From NCBI GenBank assembly GCA_963727825.1, contig CAVSHO010000009.1:800001-864000 (forward strand): DNA of 64,000 nucleotides, written 5' to 3'. Under the pieces are notes generated by a model. The model saw nothing but the letters and a program-made list of their open reading frames with translations, was not told the DNA's origin and did not search any database. Origin of the DNA: Ignavibacteriota bacterium (lineage in GTDB: Bacteria > Bacteroidota > Ignavibacteria > UBA10030). Both the position numbers and the translations under genes were made by a program. Below, piece after piece: positions 10,109-19,218 of this stretch (positions are counted from its first letter, which is position 1; each line of letters begins with the position of its first letter).

Positions 10109-11326
10109 CTATCCTTTACTTTTTTTCTTTAATTCTTCCAATTCGGCAATTCGTTTTTCGTACTTTTCTTTTTCCGCCGGCTTATTGTGTGCAAGTGTTT
10201 TATATGCTTTGATAGCATCGTCAAACCAGCCTTGCTTAGCATAAATTTCTGCAAGCGTTGGTGTTACAAAGCCCATACCTGCCGGTGTATCTTGCTCAGA
10301 TGCGGCAGGTGTTTCCTTTTGAGCAAAGTTGATAACGGGTGTAATCTTGCCTGCATTTTGCAATTTGTTAGTAAGTTCTTCAATCTTATTCTGCACGCCA
10401 GCGGGAATTGAATCGGTTATCGGCAACGTGAATTCTTGCGGCTTTTCAGGGGTTTTATTGCTTAGATAGTCTTCCAGCGAAACTGTGTCTTCACCAGAGA
10501 GTTCTTTCGTACGCCGCGAACTGTAACTCTCGAAAGATTCTTCTTCTGATGGTGCTGAAGTCATAGATAAATCGACATCGGAAGTTGGCGGTGTAAATTC
10601 AAATCCTCCTGATGATTCTGTTGACGGCGCTTGTGTTGGTTCTGTCGGATTAATTAATGGTTCCGGTTGTGGAAAATTGAATTCAGAAAATGGCGATGTT
10701 TCAAATGTTGCCGGCGTTTCATTTAATCCAAATGTTTCCTCTGCTGGAGCTGTGGGAGATATTTGAGTTAATTCGTCAAAGAAGTTTGTCGCCGAAGAGA
10801 CGATCGGCGTTGGTTCCGGCTGTTGCTCTGGCGCCGCTTGTTCAATTTCACCAAAATTAAATGACGGTGGTGGAGTAATCGGAACTTCGGGAGAAGTAGA
10901 AATTGGATAATTATATCCAGTCGCCAAGGGCTGTATTGGTTTCGGTGCAACTATTTCTGGTGTTGAAGGTGGATGCCCCGGCTGTGCTTTTGGAGGCGTT
11001 ATTGTAAGTGTCTCTTCCACTGGAGGCGGCATTTGCGCCAGCAAATTTATCAGAGTCTCATTGTTCGGGAGAAAATCAATTACAAATTCAAATTCGCGTC
11101 GCGCCTCTGCTCGCATATTTAATGCAACTAGCGCTTTACCTTTAATAAGGTGTCCCGTGGTAAAGAACGGAAAATTTGCAAGTCCTGCATCACATATCCG
11201 TAACGCATCTTGTGCACGTTTTGCTTCAAGATAGTAGTGTGCTAATTGAGCAAAGAGCGGCGACTTGGCGTCTGTTCCGACTCTTTTTTCCAGCATCGCA
11301 ATATGCTGTTGAGCTGTATCGATCAT
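10109..11326 (-). CDS. TPR protein with long Pro/Glu/Thr-rich linker
   Basis: N-terminal TPR-like helices, low-complexity acidic middle, C-terminal TPTLAEIYAKQG TPR motif. Confidence 0.8.
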   Translation of the reverse strand: MIDTAQQHIAMLEKRVGTDAKSPLFAQLAHYYLEAKRAQDALRICDAGLANFPFFTTGHLIKGKALVALNMRAEARREFEFVIDFLPNNETLINLLAQMPPPVEETLTITPPKAQPGHPPSTPEIVAPKPIQPLATGYNYPISTSPEVPITPPPSFNFGEIEQAAPEQQPEPTPIVSSATNFFDELTQISPTAPAEETFGLNETPATFETSPFSEFNFPQPEPLINPTEPTQAPSTESSGGFEFTPPTSDVDLSMTSAPSEEESFESYSSRRTKELSGEDTVSLEDYLSNKTPEKPQEFTLPITDSIPAGVQNKIEELTNKLQNAGKITPVINFAQKETPAASEQDTPAGMGFVTPTLAEIYAKQGWFDDAIKAYKTLAHNKPAEKEKYEKRIAELEELKKKSKG

Positions 11327-12849
11327 TGTGTTTGTTGACGAAGTTTTCTTGCCTCAAGTGCTTGTCTGACAGATAGCCATGAAACACATGCAAATCCCAT
11401 AAAATAAAGCATTTGAAATGGCAATGCGGCTATCTCTAAATAGTATAATGATGAAATCACACCGAAGAAGCAATAGATAGCAAGAATAATTTCAATTGCC
11501 ACTACCCAATCGAATTTCTTTTTATTGATGTACATATTCTTTTTCCACGTGTCTTTTTTACCCTCAATGGCATATTTTGGCGTTCGTACAAACTCACTTT
11601 TACGCTTAAATAGGCCTTCAAACACAGCGCGAGAATTGTTTACTGCAAAACCCATACTGCCCGCCATAAAGAGAGGAAAAAGCATAATGCGTCGACGCCA
11701 ATCCGGATAAACAGCCTTTTGTGATATGAGGTAAAATAAGAACGACCCGATGAACGCGATTACAAATACCGACATCATAGCAAAGTACGCTTCATGCCCG
11801 CCTTGTTGTTTGATGAAAATGAGCGGACCATTCAATATCCCAGCTAGAACAATAAACGGATAGACAATGTTGCTTGTAAGATGAAAAGTTGAGTGAATCT
11901 TTATTCGCAGCGGAATATTAGATTTCCATACCTCTGGAATCATTTTTCGAGCAGTTTCAATAGCACCCTTTGTCCAGCGAAATTGCTGCGACTTCAAAGC
12001 ATTTACTTCGGCGGGCAATTCTGCCGGTGAAGTAACGCCAGTAAGATATTTAAATTTCCAGCCTCGAAGTTGCGCACGATAGCTTAGATCTAGATCTTCT
12101 GTCAGTGTATCTGATTGCCAATTGCCGGCATCAAGAATAGTTGCCTTACGCCAAACACCTCCCGTGCCGTTAAATTGGATGAAGAAACCTGCCTTATTGC
12201 GCACATCTTGTTCCACAACAAAGTGACCGTCCAGAGCAAACGCTTGTGCGCGAGTCAACATCGAGTATTCGCGGTTTATGTGTTCCCATCTTGTCTGCAC
12301 CACGCCAATTTTTGGATCAGCAAAAAAATGAGGAATTGTTTTTACCAGAAAATCTGTGTTCGGGACAAAGTCCGCATCAAAGATCGCTATGAATTCACCA
12401 CGCGCGGTTTCAAGTCCATGCTTCAGTGCGCCGGCTTTATAACCTGAACGATTCGTGCGGCGAACATGTTTAATATCATACCCGAGAGCACAATAGTGAG
12501 TTACGGCTTTCGCCACCAATTCAATTGTTTCGTCTGTTGAATCATCCAACACCTGCACTTCCAATTTGTCCTTAGGATATTCAAGTGCGCATACCGCATC
12601 AATCAATCGATTTGTAACATACAGCTCGTTGAACAGCGGGAGTTGTATAGTTACAACTGGTGTTTCCTTCAGAGGCGGTTGAATACTCGCGACGCCACGC
12701 TGTTTCATGTAATGATACACCATTACAAATCCGTGCGCGCCGAACGTGAATAGAATAAGTAATGAAATAAAATATAGATACATAACGAAATCCGAGAATG
12801 CTGGATTTCCGATAATTTCTTGCCTAAAGAAAAATACTGCGAGTGTCAT
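11323..12849 (-). CDS. processive glycosyltransferase family 2 (cellulose synthase-like), multi-TM
   Basis: TIQLP, DDS, KAGAL, FDADF, TEDLD, QQFRW (D,D,D,QxxRW) motifs. Confidence 0.92.
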   Translation of the reverse strand: MTLAVFFFRQEIIGNPAFSDFVMYLYFISLLILFTFGAHGFVMVYHYMKQRGVASIQPPLKETPVVTIQLPLFNELYVTNRLIDAVCALEYPKDKLEVQVLDDSTDETIELVAKAVTHYCALGYDIKHVRRTNRSGYKAGALKHGLETARGEFIAIFDADFVPNTDFLVKTIPHFFADPKIGVVQTRWEHINREYSMLTRAQAFALDGHFVVEQDVRNKAGFFIQFNGTGGVWRKATILDAGNWQSDTLTEDLDLSYRAQLRGWKFKYLTGVTSPAELPAEVNALKSQQFRWTKGAIETARKMIPEVWKSNIPLRIKIHSTFHLTSNIVYPFIVLAGILNGPLIFIKQQGGHEAYFAMMSVFVIAFIGSFLFYLISQKAVYPDWRRRIMLFPLFMAGSMGFAVNNSRAVFEGLFKRKSEFVRTPKYAIEGKKDTWKKNMYINKKKFDWVVAIEIILAIYCFFGVISSLYYLEIAALPFQMLYFMGFACVSWLSVRQALEARKLRQQTQ

Positions 12850-12850
12850 A

Positions 12851-13387
12851 TTACCATCCTGCGACTGTGTCGTTAAGAATATCTTCTGTTAATTTTTTGA
12901 CTGCTTCCGTTACCCCATCGTTGCGCTGCGTCAAACCGCCGCCCGATGGATAATCTCCCCAGTTGCTAAAACTTTTTTCCCATATTTTTTTACGAAGCTT
13001 CAAATCCTGAAAAGTCATGCGTACTGTAACTGTGATACGTCGCTGTGTAACCTGTTCACCGCCTTGCAGTACCGATGGGGCATCTTTCACATCGGTTACC
13101 ACACCTTCGAGTATGCAATCCGCTGTGTTGCGATCTGTCAATTGAAGCGTATTGTCGCTTGTAAATAGAGCCACTAATTGACTTGTGAACGTAGTCCGAA
13201 GCGTCGGGTCACCATATGCACTTTGATCTTCCACAATAGGAATAGCGATTGTTTTCAAATGTGGCGGTACCGATCCGCCTTTAAATGAATAAGTACATCC
13301 AGCAATGAGCAACGAACAATGAATAACAAGTAATGAGAAAAGAAAAAGGCGTGTTCTTTTTTCCATTGTCACTTTTTCGTTTTTCAT
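12851..13387 (-). CDS. LptE-family lipoprotein
   Basis: Lipobox IAGC followed by TYSFKGGS, ends in W; position after the sigma54 activator matches the Bacteroidota cluster. Confidence 0.8.
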   Translation of the reverse strand: MKNEKVTMEKRTRLFLFSLLVIHCSLLIAGCTYSFKGGSVPPHLKTIAIPIVEDQSAYGDPTLRTTFTSQLVALFTSDNTLQLTDRNTADCILEGVVTDVKDAPSVLQGGEQVTQRRITVTVRMTFQDLKLRKKIWEKSFSNWGDYPSGGGLTQRNDGVTEAVKKLTEDILNDTVAGW

Positions 13388-14505
13388 TGAAGTCCAAAAT
13401 CCTTTATTTTTCGGTACAATGTCCGTTCGCTGATGTTTAGCTCTTTTGCCGCGAGACGGCGATTCCCCTTATTCCGATCAAGCGACCCACAAATCATTCG
13501 CCGTTCCATTTCGTCCATCGTTAAAACACCGTTGCCGTTTTGCGGTTGTACGTTATTACCTTGCGCTCCATCTGCACTGGATATTATCCGTCCGGTCAGC
13601 AGTTCTTTCATCTCAATAATATTGGATTTAAGGTCAACCAAGGCACGATAAATTAGCTCCCGTTCTGCCTGCTCAACAGTCTTGTTTGAAATGACCGGTA
13701 GATTCCGATCTGTTGCCACCGAGGGCTGCTCATGAAGATATTTTCTCACGTCATCCCCGTTAAGTTGTTTCCCGCTTTCCAGAATAAGCATGCTTTCGAT
13801 AGCATTTCGTAATTCGCGGATATTTCCCGGCCAGCTATAATTCATTAATAATTCGGTCGCGTCATCAGTAAATCCGCTGAATTGAATTTTGTTTTTATCA
13901 GATGTCTCTTTCACAAACTGTTCAACAAGCGCAGGAATATCTTCCTTCCTGCTGCGCAATGGCGGCAAATGAATGTTTACCGAACGTAATCGGAAATATA
14001 AATCAGGACGAAAATGTTTTTGCTGAACTTCATATTCCAGCAGTTTGTTCGTCGCCGCTATGACTCGTACATCTGTCCTGCGCGCCAAAGACGAACCAAC
14101 TCTCATATACTCACCGCTTTCCAGCACACGCAATAATTTAACTTGCGTGGAGAGCGGCATCTCGCCAATTTCGTCAAGGAGAATGGTTCCGCCATCTGCA
14201 ATCTCAAAGTAACCACGGCGCATATCTGCGGCACTAGTAAACGCTCCTTTTTCATGTCCGAACAGTTCGCTTTCAATCAACCCTTCCGGAATTGCACCGC
14301 AGTTCACTGACACAAGTGCGTTTTGAGAACGCTTGCTTTCACCGTGAATTGCCTTGGCAATAACTTCCTTGCCCGTGCCGCTCTCTCCAGAAATAAGCAC
14401 TGTAATGTCTGTCGGCGCTACTTGTTGAACGACATCAATAATTTCTTGCATCTCCGGCGATTTTCCGACAATGCCGTATGTTCGCTGAAATACTTCTCGA
14501 TCCAT
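13384..14505 (-). CDS. sigma54-interacting AAA+ regulator with Fis HTH and no sensor domain
   Basis: GESGTGKE, ESELFGHEKGAFTSA, LLDEIGE, WPGNIREL, C-terminal HTH (ERTLYRK). Confidence 0.93.
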   Translation of the reverse strand: MDREVFQRTYGIVGKSPEMQEIIDVVQQVAPTDITVLISGESGTGKEVIAKAIHGESKRSQNALVSVNCGAIPEGLIESELFGHEKGAFTSAADMRRGYFEIADGGTILLDEIGEMPLSTQVKLLRVLESGEYMRVGSSLARRTDVRVIAATNKLLEYEVQQKHFRPDLYFRLRSVNIHLPPLRSRKEDIPALVEQFVKETSDKNKIQFSGFTDDATELLMNYSWPGNIRELRNAIESMLILESGKQLNGDDVRKYLHEQPSVATDRNLPVISNKTVEQAERELIYRALVDLKSNIIEMKELLTGRIISSADGAQGNNVQPQNGNGVLTMDEMERRMICGSLDRNKGNRRLAAKELNISERTLYRKIKDFGLQ

Positions 14506-15224
14506 TAACGTGAAACAACTATAGACGTTAGATTAAATTTACTTTTAATTTCCGCAGTAACCCGCTGCGCTTCATCATATGTCTGGAATTCACCTACCCA
14601 AACTTTATGCAATTTTTTACCATGGCTGACAATAGTGAAGATATTAGATTGAAATCCTTCCTTTTCGAATTTTGCTTTCAACTCGTTTGCATTTTCAAAT
14701 GTCGAAAATGCACCAACTTGCACAGTGAAGTTTGTTGCAAATTTCGGCACTGTTCCTTTAGGTTTTATAACTGTCGGCTTTTCTTTTGCTGCTCTTTTTT
14801 CTTCTACCACCGAATTCTTTTCCGTTGCATACGCTGAGAACGGATATTCTTCCTTTAGCTGTGTCAATTTTTGATCGGCAGTTTTATATAGGCCTATTGA
14901 ATAATAGTATTGATAGAGTTTGTAGAGTGCATCGTCTCCCCATTCACTTTTTGGAAAATTATCCACAATATTCTGATACAGCTTCGCCGCTTCTGTGCCA
15001 TCCGTGGTCAGCACAGCCTGTAAGTACATTACACCTGGATTGTTTTGATAGTTTGTCATTAGTGAAGGAAGTTCGGCGCGCACTGCTTCCGCTTGACCTT
15101 TCTCGATCATTTCAAGACGATGTCGAATATCCGGTTCGTTGTTGTTCGTCTGTGTGCAGAGCGCTGGCATAAATAAAACGAAAACAATAATTGATATGAT
15201 AACCGTTCTAATAAGTATTCTCAT
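14505..15224 (-). CDS. secreted TPR + SPOR-domain protein
   Basis: Signal peptide from ATG 15224; TPR-like helices; C-terminal VQVGAF...KVWVGEF SPOR motif. Confidence 0.85.
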   Translation of the reverse strand: MRILIRTVIISIIVFVLFMPALCTQTNNNEPDIRHRLEMIEKGQAEAVRAELPSLMTNYQNNPGVMYLQAVLTTDGTEAAKLYQNIVDNFPKSEWGDDALYKLYQYYYSIGLYKTADQKLTQLKEEYPFSAYATEKNSVVEEKRAAKEKPTVIKPKGTVPKFATNFTVQVGAFSTFENANELKAKFEKEGFQSNIFTIVSHGKKLHKVWVGEFQTYDEAQRVTAEIKSKFNLTSIVVSR

Positions 15225-15237
15225 GGTTTTAATCTTC

Positions 15238-16581
15238 CTATGTTGTGAGAATAGCAAACTGGGGAAGCAAGCATCCGGTCTTCGTACCAAACAATGTTGC
15301 TGAATTTGCTCTTTCAATGCGAATACCAATGTAATCGCCAATAGCATCGCCGTTCTTTGTAAAGACCACCATTTTGTTTGTATCTGTTCTACCGCAAAAC
15401 TCATCAATGGACTTTTTGCTTAACCCTTCAACAAGGACTTCCACTGTATCCCCAATCATAGTTTTATTCCGTTGAAGTGAAATATCGCGCTGAAGATCAA
15501 TAATTTCACCGAGCCGACGGTTCTTAACTTCTTCAGGAACGTCGTCGCCTATTTGCCATGCTTTCGTGTTCTCTCGTGGAGAATACTTGAATGTGTAAGC
15601 GCCATCAAATTCTATTTCGTGCAATAAATCTAACGTCTTTTTGTGGTCATCTTCTGTCTCGGTTGGAAAACCTGAAATAATATCGGTTGTGAGACTTATA
15701 TTGGGAATGACTTTTTTGATTCTATTAATGAGATTAAGATATTGATTTCTAGTATAAGTTCGGTTCATCAATTCTAAAATTCTATCTGAACCTGACTGCA
15801 CGGGCAGATGAATATAATTACAAATGTTATCCCGCGACGCAATAGCATTAATCAGTTTATCTGACATATCTTGCGGATGGGAAGTCATAAATCTTATACG
15901 TATTTTTTTATCGACATCAGCAACCTTAATAAGCAAATCTGCAAAGTCAAATTTGTCATCGCTATACGAATTTACATTCTGACCGAGTAGGGTTGCTTCC
16001 TTAAAACCACGGCGAGAAAGATCTTCCATTTCCAATATAATAGATGCAATTGAACGACTTCGCTCGCGTCCGCGTGTAAACGGCACCACACAGTAAGCGC
16101 AAAACTTATCGCAACCTCGCATGATGGGAACCCATGCACTCAAGCCATTGGTACGTAATGGAATAATATCATCGTACTTTTCTACGCGAGAAAGTTTTAC
16201 GGCAATGCCTTTTTCGCCACCATCTGCCGCCGCGATAAGTGCGGGCAACTTACGGTATTCATCCGGTCCTATAACGAGATCAATAAAATCTCCCAACTCC
16301 ATCAACTCTTTACGAACACGCTCTGCCATGCATCCTAGTACACCAACTATTACATTCGGATTCGTTTTTTTATAATGATTGAAATCACCAAGCCGCCCAA
16401 TGATTCGTTGTTCGGCATTATCGCGCACGGCGCAAGTGTTTATTAAAACAATATCAGCGCATGACAGTGTCTCAGTACGAACAAAACCAGCTTTGTGCAT
16501 GATGCTGAGGACGATTTCTGTATCCGCCATGTTCATCTGGCAGCCGTAAGTTTCAATATAAACACTTCGACTTGTTTTCAT
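15238..16581 (-). CDS. miaB: tRNA-2-methylthio-N6-dimethylallyladenosine synthase
   Basis: ETYGCQMN, NTCAVR, CDKFCAYC radical SAM motif, TSHP, C-terminal TRAM; start ATG 16581. Confidence 0.95.
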   Translation of the reverse strand: MKTSRSVYIETYGCQMNMADTEIVLSIMHKAGFVRTETLSCADIVLINTCAVRDNAEQRIIGRLGDFNHYKKTNPNVIVGVLGCMAERVRKELMELGDFIDLVIGPDEYRKLPALIAAADGGEKGIAVKLSRVEKYDDIIPLRTNGLSAWVPIMRGCDKFCAYCVVPFTRGRERSRSIASIILEMEDLSRRGFKEATLLGQNVNSYSDDKFDFADLLIKVADVDKKIRIRFMTSHPQDMSDKLINAIASRDNICNYIHLPVQSGSDRILELMNRTYTRNQYLNLINRIKKVIPNISLTTDIISGFPTETEDDHKKTLDLLHEIEFDGAYTFKYSPRENTKAWQIGDDVPEEVKNRRLGEIIDLQRDISLQRNKTMIGDTVEVLVEGLSKKSIDEFCGRTDTNKMVVFTKNGDAIGDYIGIRIERANSATLFGTKTGCLLPQFAILTT

Positions 16582-16753
16582 TTCTTTCTTTATTAGTAAA
16601 TAATGATAATGAAACAATGGCAGACACACAACAAATCACCTGCATGATTAATGTTAATTAATCTTAAAGAGATTGTTGATGTTTTCGCTATTAACTTCTT
16701 GTAGTATTGCCAAATCGGCAGGTTATAAACTTCTTTTTATTGAATTTTAGTAA

Positions 16754-16782
16754 TTGATTGAGCACAAATGCTGTTGTATATT
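16754..16782 (+). promoter_or_regulatory. putative sigma70 promoter of pta
   Basis: TTGATT-17 bp-TATATT. Confidence 0.45.
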
Positions 16783-16862
16783 AAAATAATCTAATAAGCG
16801 CGAACTGAAAATCGATCTATTATTAAATACTTTTAACGTCCACAATTTGAAGAAAGCCGCAT

Positions 16863-17843
16863 ATGGCAAAAATTATTGATGAGATTAGAGCAAAAGCAAA
16901 ACAACTTAAGAAACACATTGTCCTTCCCGACGCAATGGATGAACGCGCAATTCAGGCTGCGCGTATCATTTTAGATGAACAGATCGCAAATATTTCTCTC
17001 ATCGGCAATGAAGAGGCTATTCGTGCCAAAGCACAACAGCTCGGTGTCGGTTTGGAAAAAATACGCATTGTGGATCCTGAAAAATCAGAGAAGTTAACCG
17101 ACTTCACTCATATATTCTTCAATCTTCGCAAGGCGAAAGGAATCCAGTTTGAACAAGCCCAACAAACAATGAAACTTCCACTTTTTTTTGGGGCAATGAT
17201 GGTTCGAGAAGAAATAGCAGATGGAAGTGTTGCCGGATCATTGTCGACCACAAGCGATGTGATTCGTGCAGGAATTCAAATTGTTGGAATGCCTGAAGGG
17301 ATTGCAGTTGCATCGAGTTTCTTCTTGATGGTTTTCCCGCATATAAGTTATTCATATGCCGACTGCGGAGTAGTACCGGATCCAACAGCAGAACAACTTG
17401 CGGATATCGCAATTTCTACAGCGGCAAATCATCGCAAATTAACAGGTGAAGAACCGCGTGTTGCGATGCTTTCATTCTCAACAAGGGGAAGTGCTTCACA
17501 TCCTTCCGTAGAAAAAGTGCAGAAGGCAACGTCAATCGCAAAAATGAAAAAGCCTGATCTTATTATCGATGGAGAATTGCAGTTTGATGCTGCCATTGTT
17601 CCTTCTGTTAGTGCAAAGAAAGCTCCGGGTAGTCCTATCGGGGGCACTGCTAATGTTTTTATATTTCCAAATTTAGATGCAGGAAATATTGGTTACAAAC
17701 TGACACAACGATTAGCCGGGGCAGAGGCATTCGGACCAATTATTCAGGGGTTAAAGAGACCATGCTACGATTTGTCGCGAGGATGCAGCGTCAGCGACAT
17801 CGTAACTATGGTCGCGATTAACTCTGTAGCGGGAGCTGTCTAA
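16863..17843 (+). CDS. pta: phosphate acetyltransferase
   Basis: RVAMLSFST, DGELQFDAA, FPNLDAGNIGYK, DLSRGCS motifs. Confidence 0.95.
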   Translation: MAKIIDEIRAKAKQLKKHIVLPDAMDERAIQAARIILDEQIANISLIGNEEAIRAKAQQLGVGLEKIRIVDPEKSEKLTDFTHIFFNLRKAKGIQFEQAQQTMKLPLFFGAMMVREEIADGSVAGSLSTTSDVIRAGIQIVGMPEGIAVASSFFLMVFPHISYSYADCGVVPDPTAEQLADIAISTAANHRKLTGEEPRVAMLSFSTRGSASHPSVEKVQKATSIAKMKKPDLIIDGELQFDAAIVPSVSAKKAPGSPIGGTANVFIFPNLDAGNIGYKLTQRLAGAEAFGPIIQGLKRPCYDLSRGCSVSDIVTMVAINSVAGAV

Positions 17844-17985
17844 CAAACACAATTCTAATAGCAGGGTGCACACCTCGTTATATCTGGAGTTAAGACAAGG
17901 GGCGGAAGAAATTTTCAATTTGTACCGAGGAATTATCGTGCACTTTACGCTTGCGGGAGATGCGCAGAGTGTTAGATTTGAACAA

Positions 17986-19014
17986 TTATTCTTTTGTTCT
18001 TGCAAGATGTCCTTCTTGCAATATCAAGCGTAATGAAATTCGGTGTGTATTCCCAAGGTCATTTGCTTCGTCAAATTGAGCAAAAGCATAATCGATATCT
18101 ATCTTGCGCAGATGAATTCCAGCGCCGAGTGTCATTTGCTTTATATCGTTGTACCCAATGCGAAGTGCGATAGCTTTTTTGTAATCAAATTCAAGCCCCA
18201 TATGCGGATCAAAACTAACAGGTCCAAGGTGGGCAATAGAAGCGAACTGACGATTCTCGAATCGAACATCTATATCCACCGTTGGTGCAAATCTGCCGCT
18301 AAAAAGATCAATAAAGTATGCGGTTCCTAGTTTTAAGGTGGGCGAGATTAATTCGTTGGTCCCCGTGGACCACGCCACTAATGTTGTGGTAATATCTTGT
18401 GCGTTTACCGCAACGTACCAATTATCCATCGGAGAATAAAGCATCCCAATATCAAAGCCGATGCCTGTCGCCGAATACTCTGCTATTGTTTCTCGGATTA
18501 TCTTCAAATTAATTCCATACATCAAGCTGCTCTCAGAGCGATGAGCATAAGAAAAATATATTGCCCAATCTGCTGAGTTAAAATACGTAACCTTACTTTC
18601 ATCTATTCTTACTGCATTTGCATATTGATCACGTGGTACTGGATTTCCATTTGCATCAACCCCGGCATCTCTTGTGTCTGGAATACCATCTACACCAAGA
18701 CGCATTACACTCACGCCAAATGTTGCATTTGTACTATAAGGAACTGCCACTGCTCCAAAATCATAGTTCTCCAAACTGCCGAACCGTTCATCGTGCATAA
18801 GTGTCGCCTCTGGATAATCTATACGTGCAAGCGCTGCCGGATTCCAATAACCTGCCGATGCATCATTAGCAAGCGCTGCATAAGCACCGCCTAGTCCTAA
18901 TGCACGACCGCCAACACCAATGGAGAGAAATTCACCTGCGTATTTTGCAATTTGCTGAGATAATGCGAGCTGTCCAACAAGCATTACGAGTAGGATGACT
19001 TTCAAAATCTTCAT
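17986..19014 (-). CDS. PorV/PorQ-family outer membrane beta-barrel protein
   Basis: Signal peptide; FLSIGVGGRALGLGGA, YWNPA, DYAF...LGNTHRISL motifs. Confidence 0.85.
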   Translation of the reverse strand: MKILKVILLVMLVGQLALSQQIAKYAGEFLSIGVGGRALGLGGAYAALANDASAGYWNPAALARIDYPEATLMHDERFGSLENYDFGAVAVPYSTNATFGVSVMRLGVDGIPDTRDAGVDANGNPVPRDQYANAVRIDESKVTYFNSADWAIYFSYAHRSESSLMYGINLKIIRETIAEYSATGIGFDIGMLYSPMDNWYVAVNAQDITTTLVAWSTGTNELISPTLKLGTAYFIDLFSGRFAPTVDIDVRFENRQFASIAHLGPVSFDPHMGLEFDYKKAIALRIGYNDIKQMTLGAGIHLRKIDIDYAFAQFDEANDLGNTHRISLRLILQEGHLARTKE

Positions 19015-19028
19015 GTTCCACCTAAGAT

Positions 19029-19183
19029 AAAAAAACCCGACAATGTGCGTCGGGGTCTGATGACCGAACTTTCTCTAATCGCGTGGTTCGGTCGATGACA
19101 AAGTTCGAGACAATTTACGATGCACAAAAACAGCACAGTACAACTCTCTCACAATTGTCTATACGCGGTATTCCTTTCGTTCT
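19029..19183 (-). ncRNA. candidate structured sRNA or attenuator leader (family not recognised)
   Basis: Three stems including a CCCGAC/GTCGGG-T7 terminator, downstream of TTGATT-17-TACCTT (19217-19189). Confidence 0.4.
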
Positions 19184-19218
19184 GTAATAAGGTAGAAGAT
19201 TCTATGAAAAGAATCAAG

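Noticed and set aside
14505-15407. Extended N-termini in the ORF track (also 2363, 16629, 31856, 54141, 56266)
   Set aside because: They overlap neighbouring genes or lack an RBS; downstream ATGs give family-typical starts
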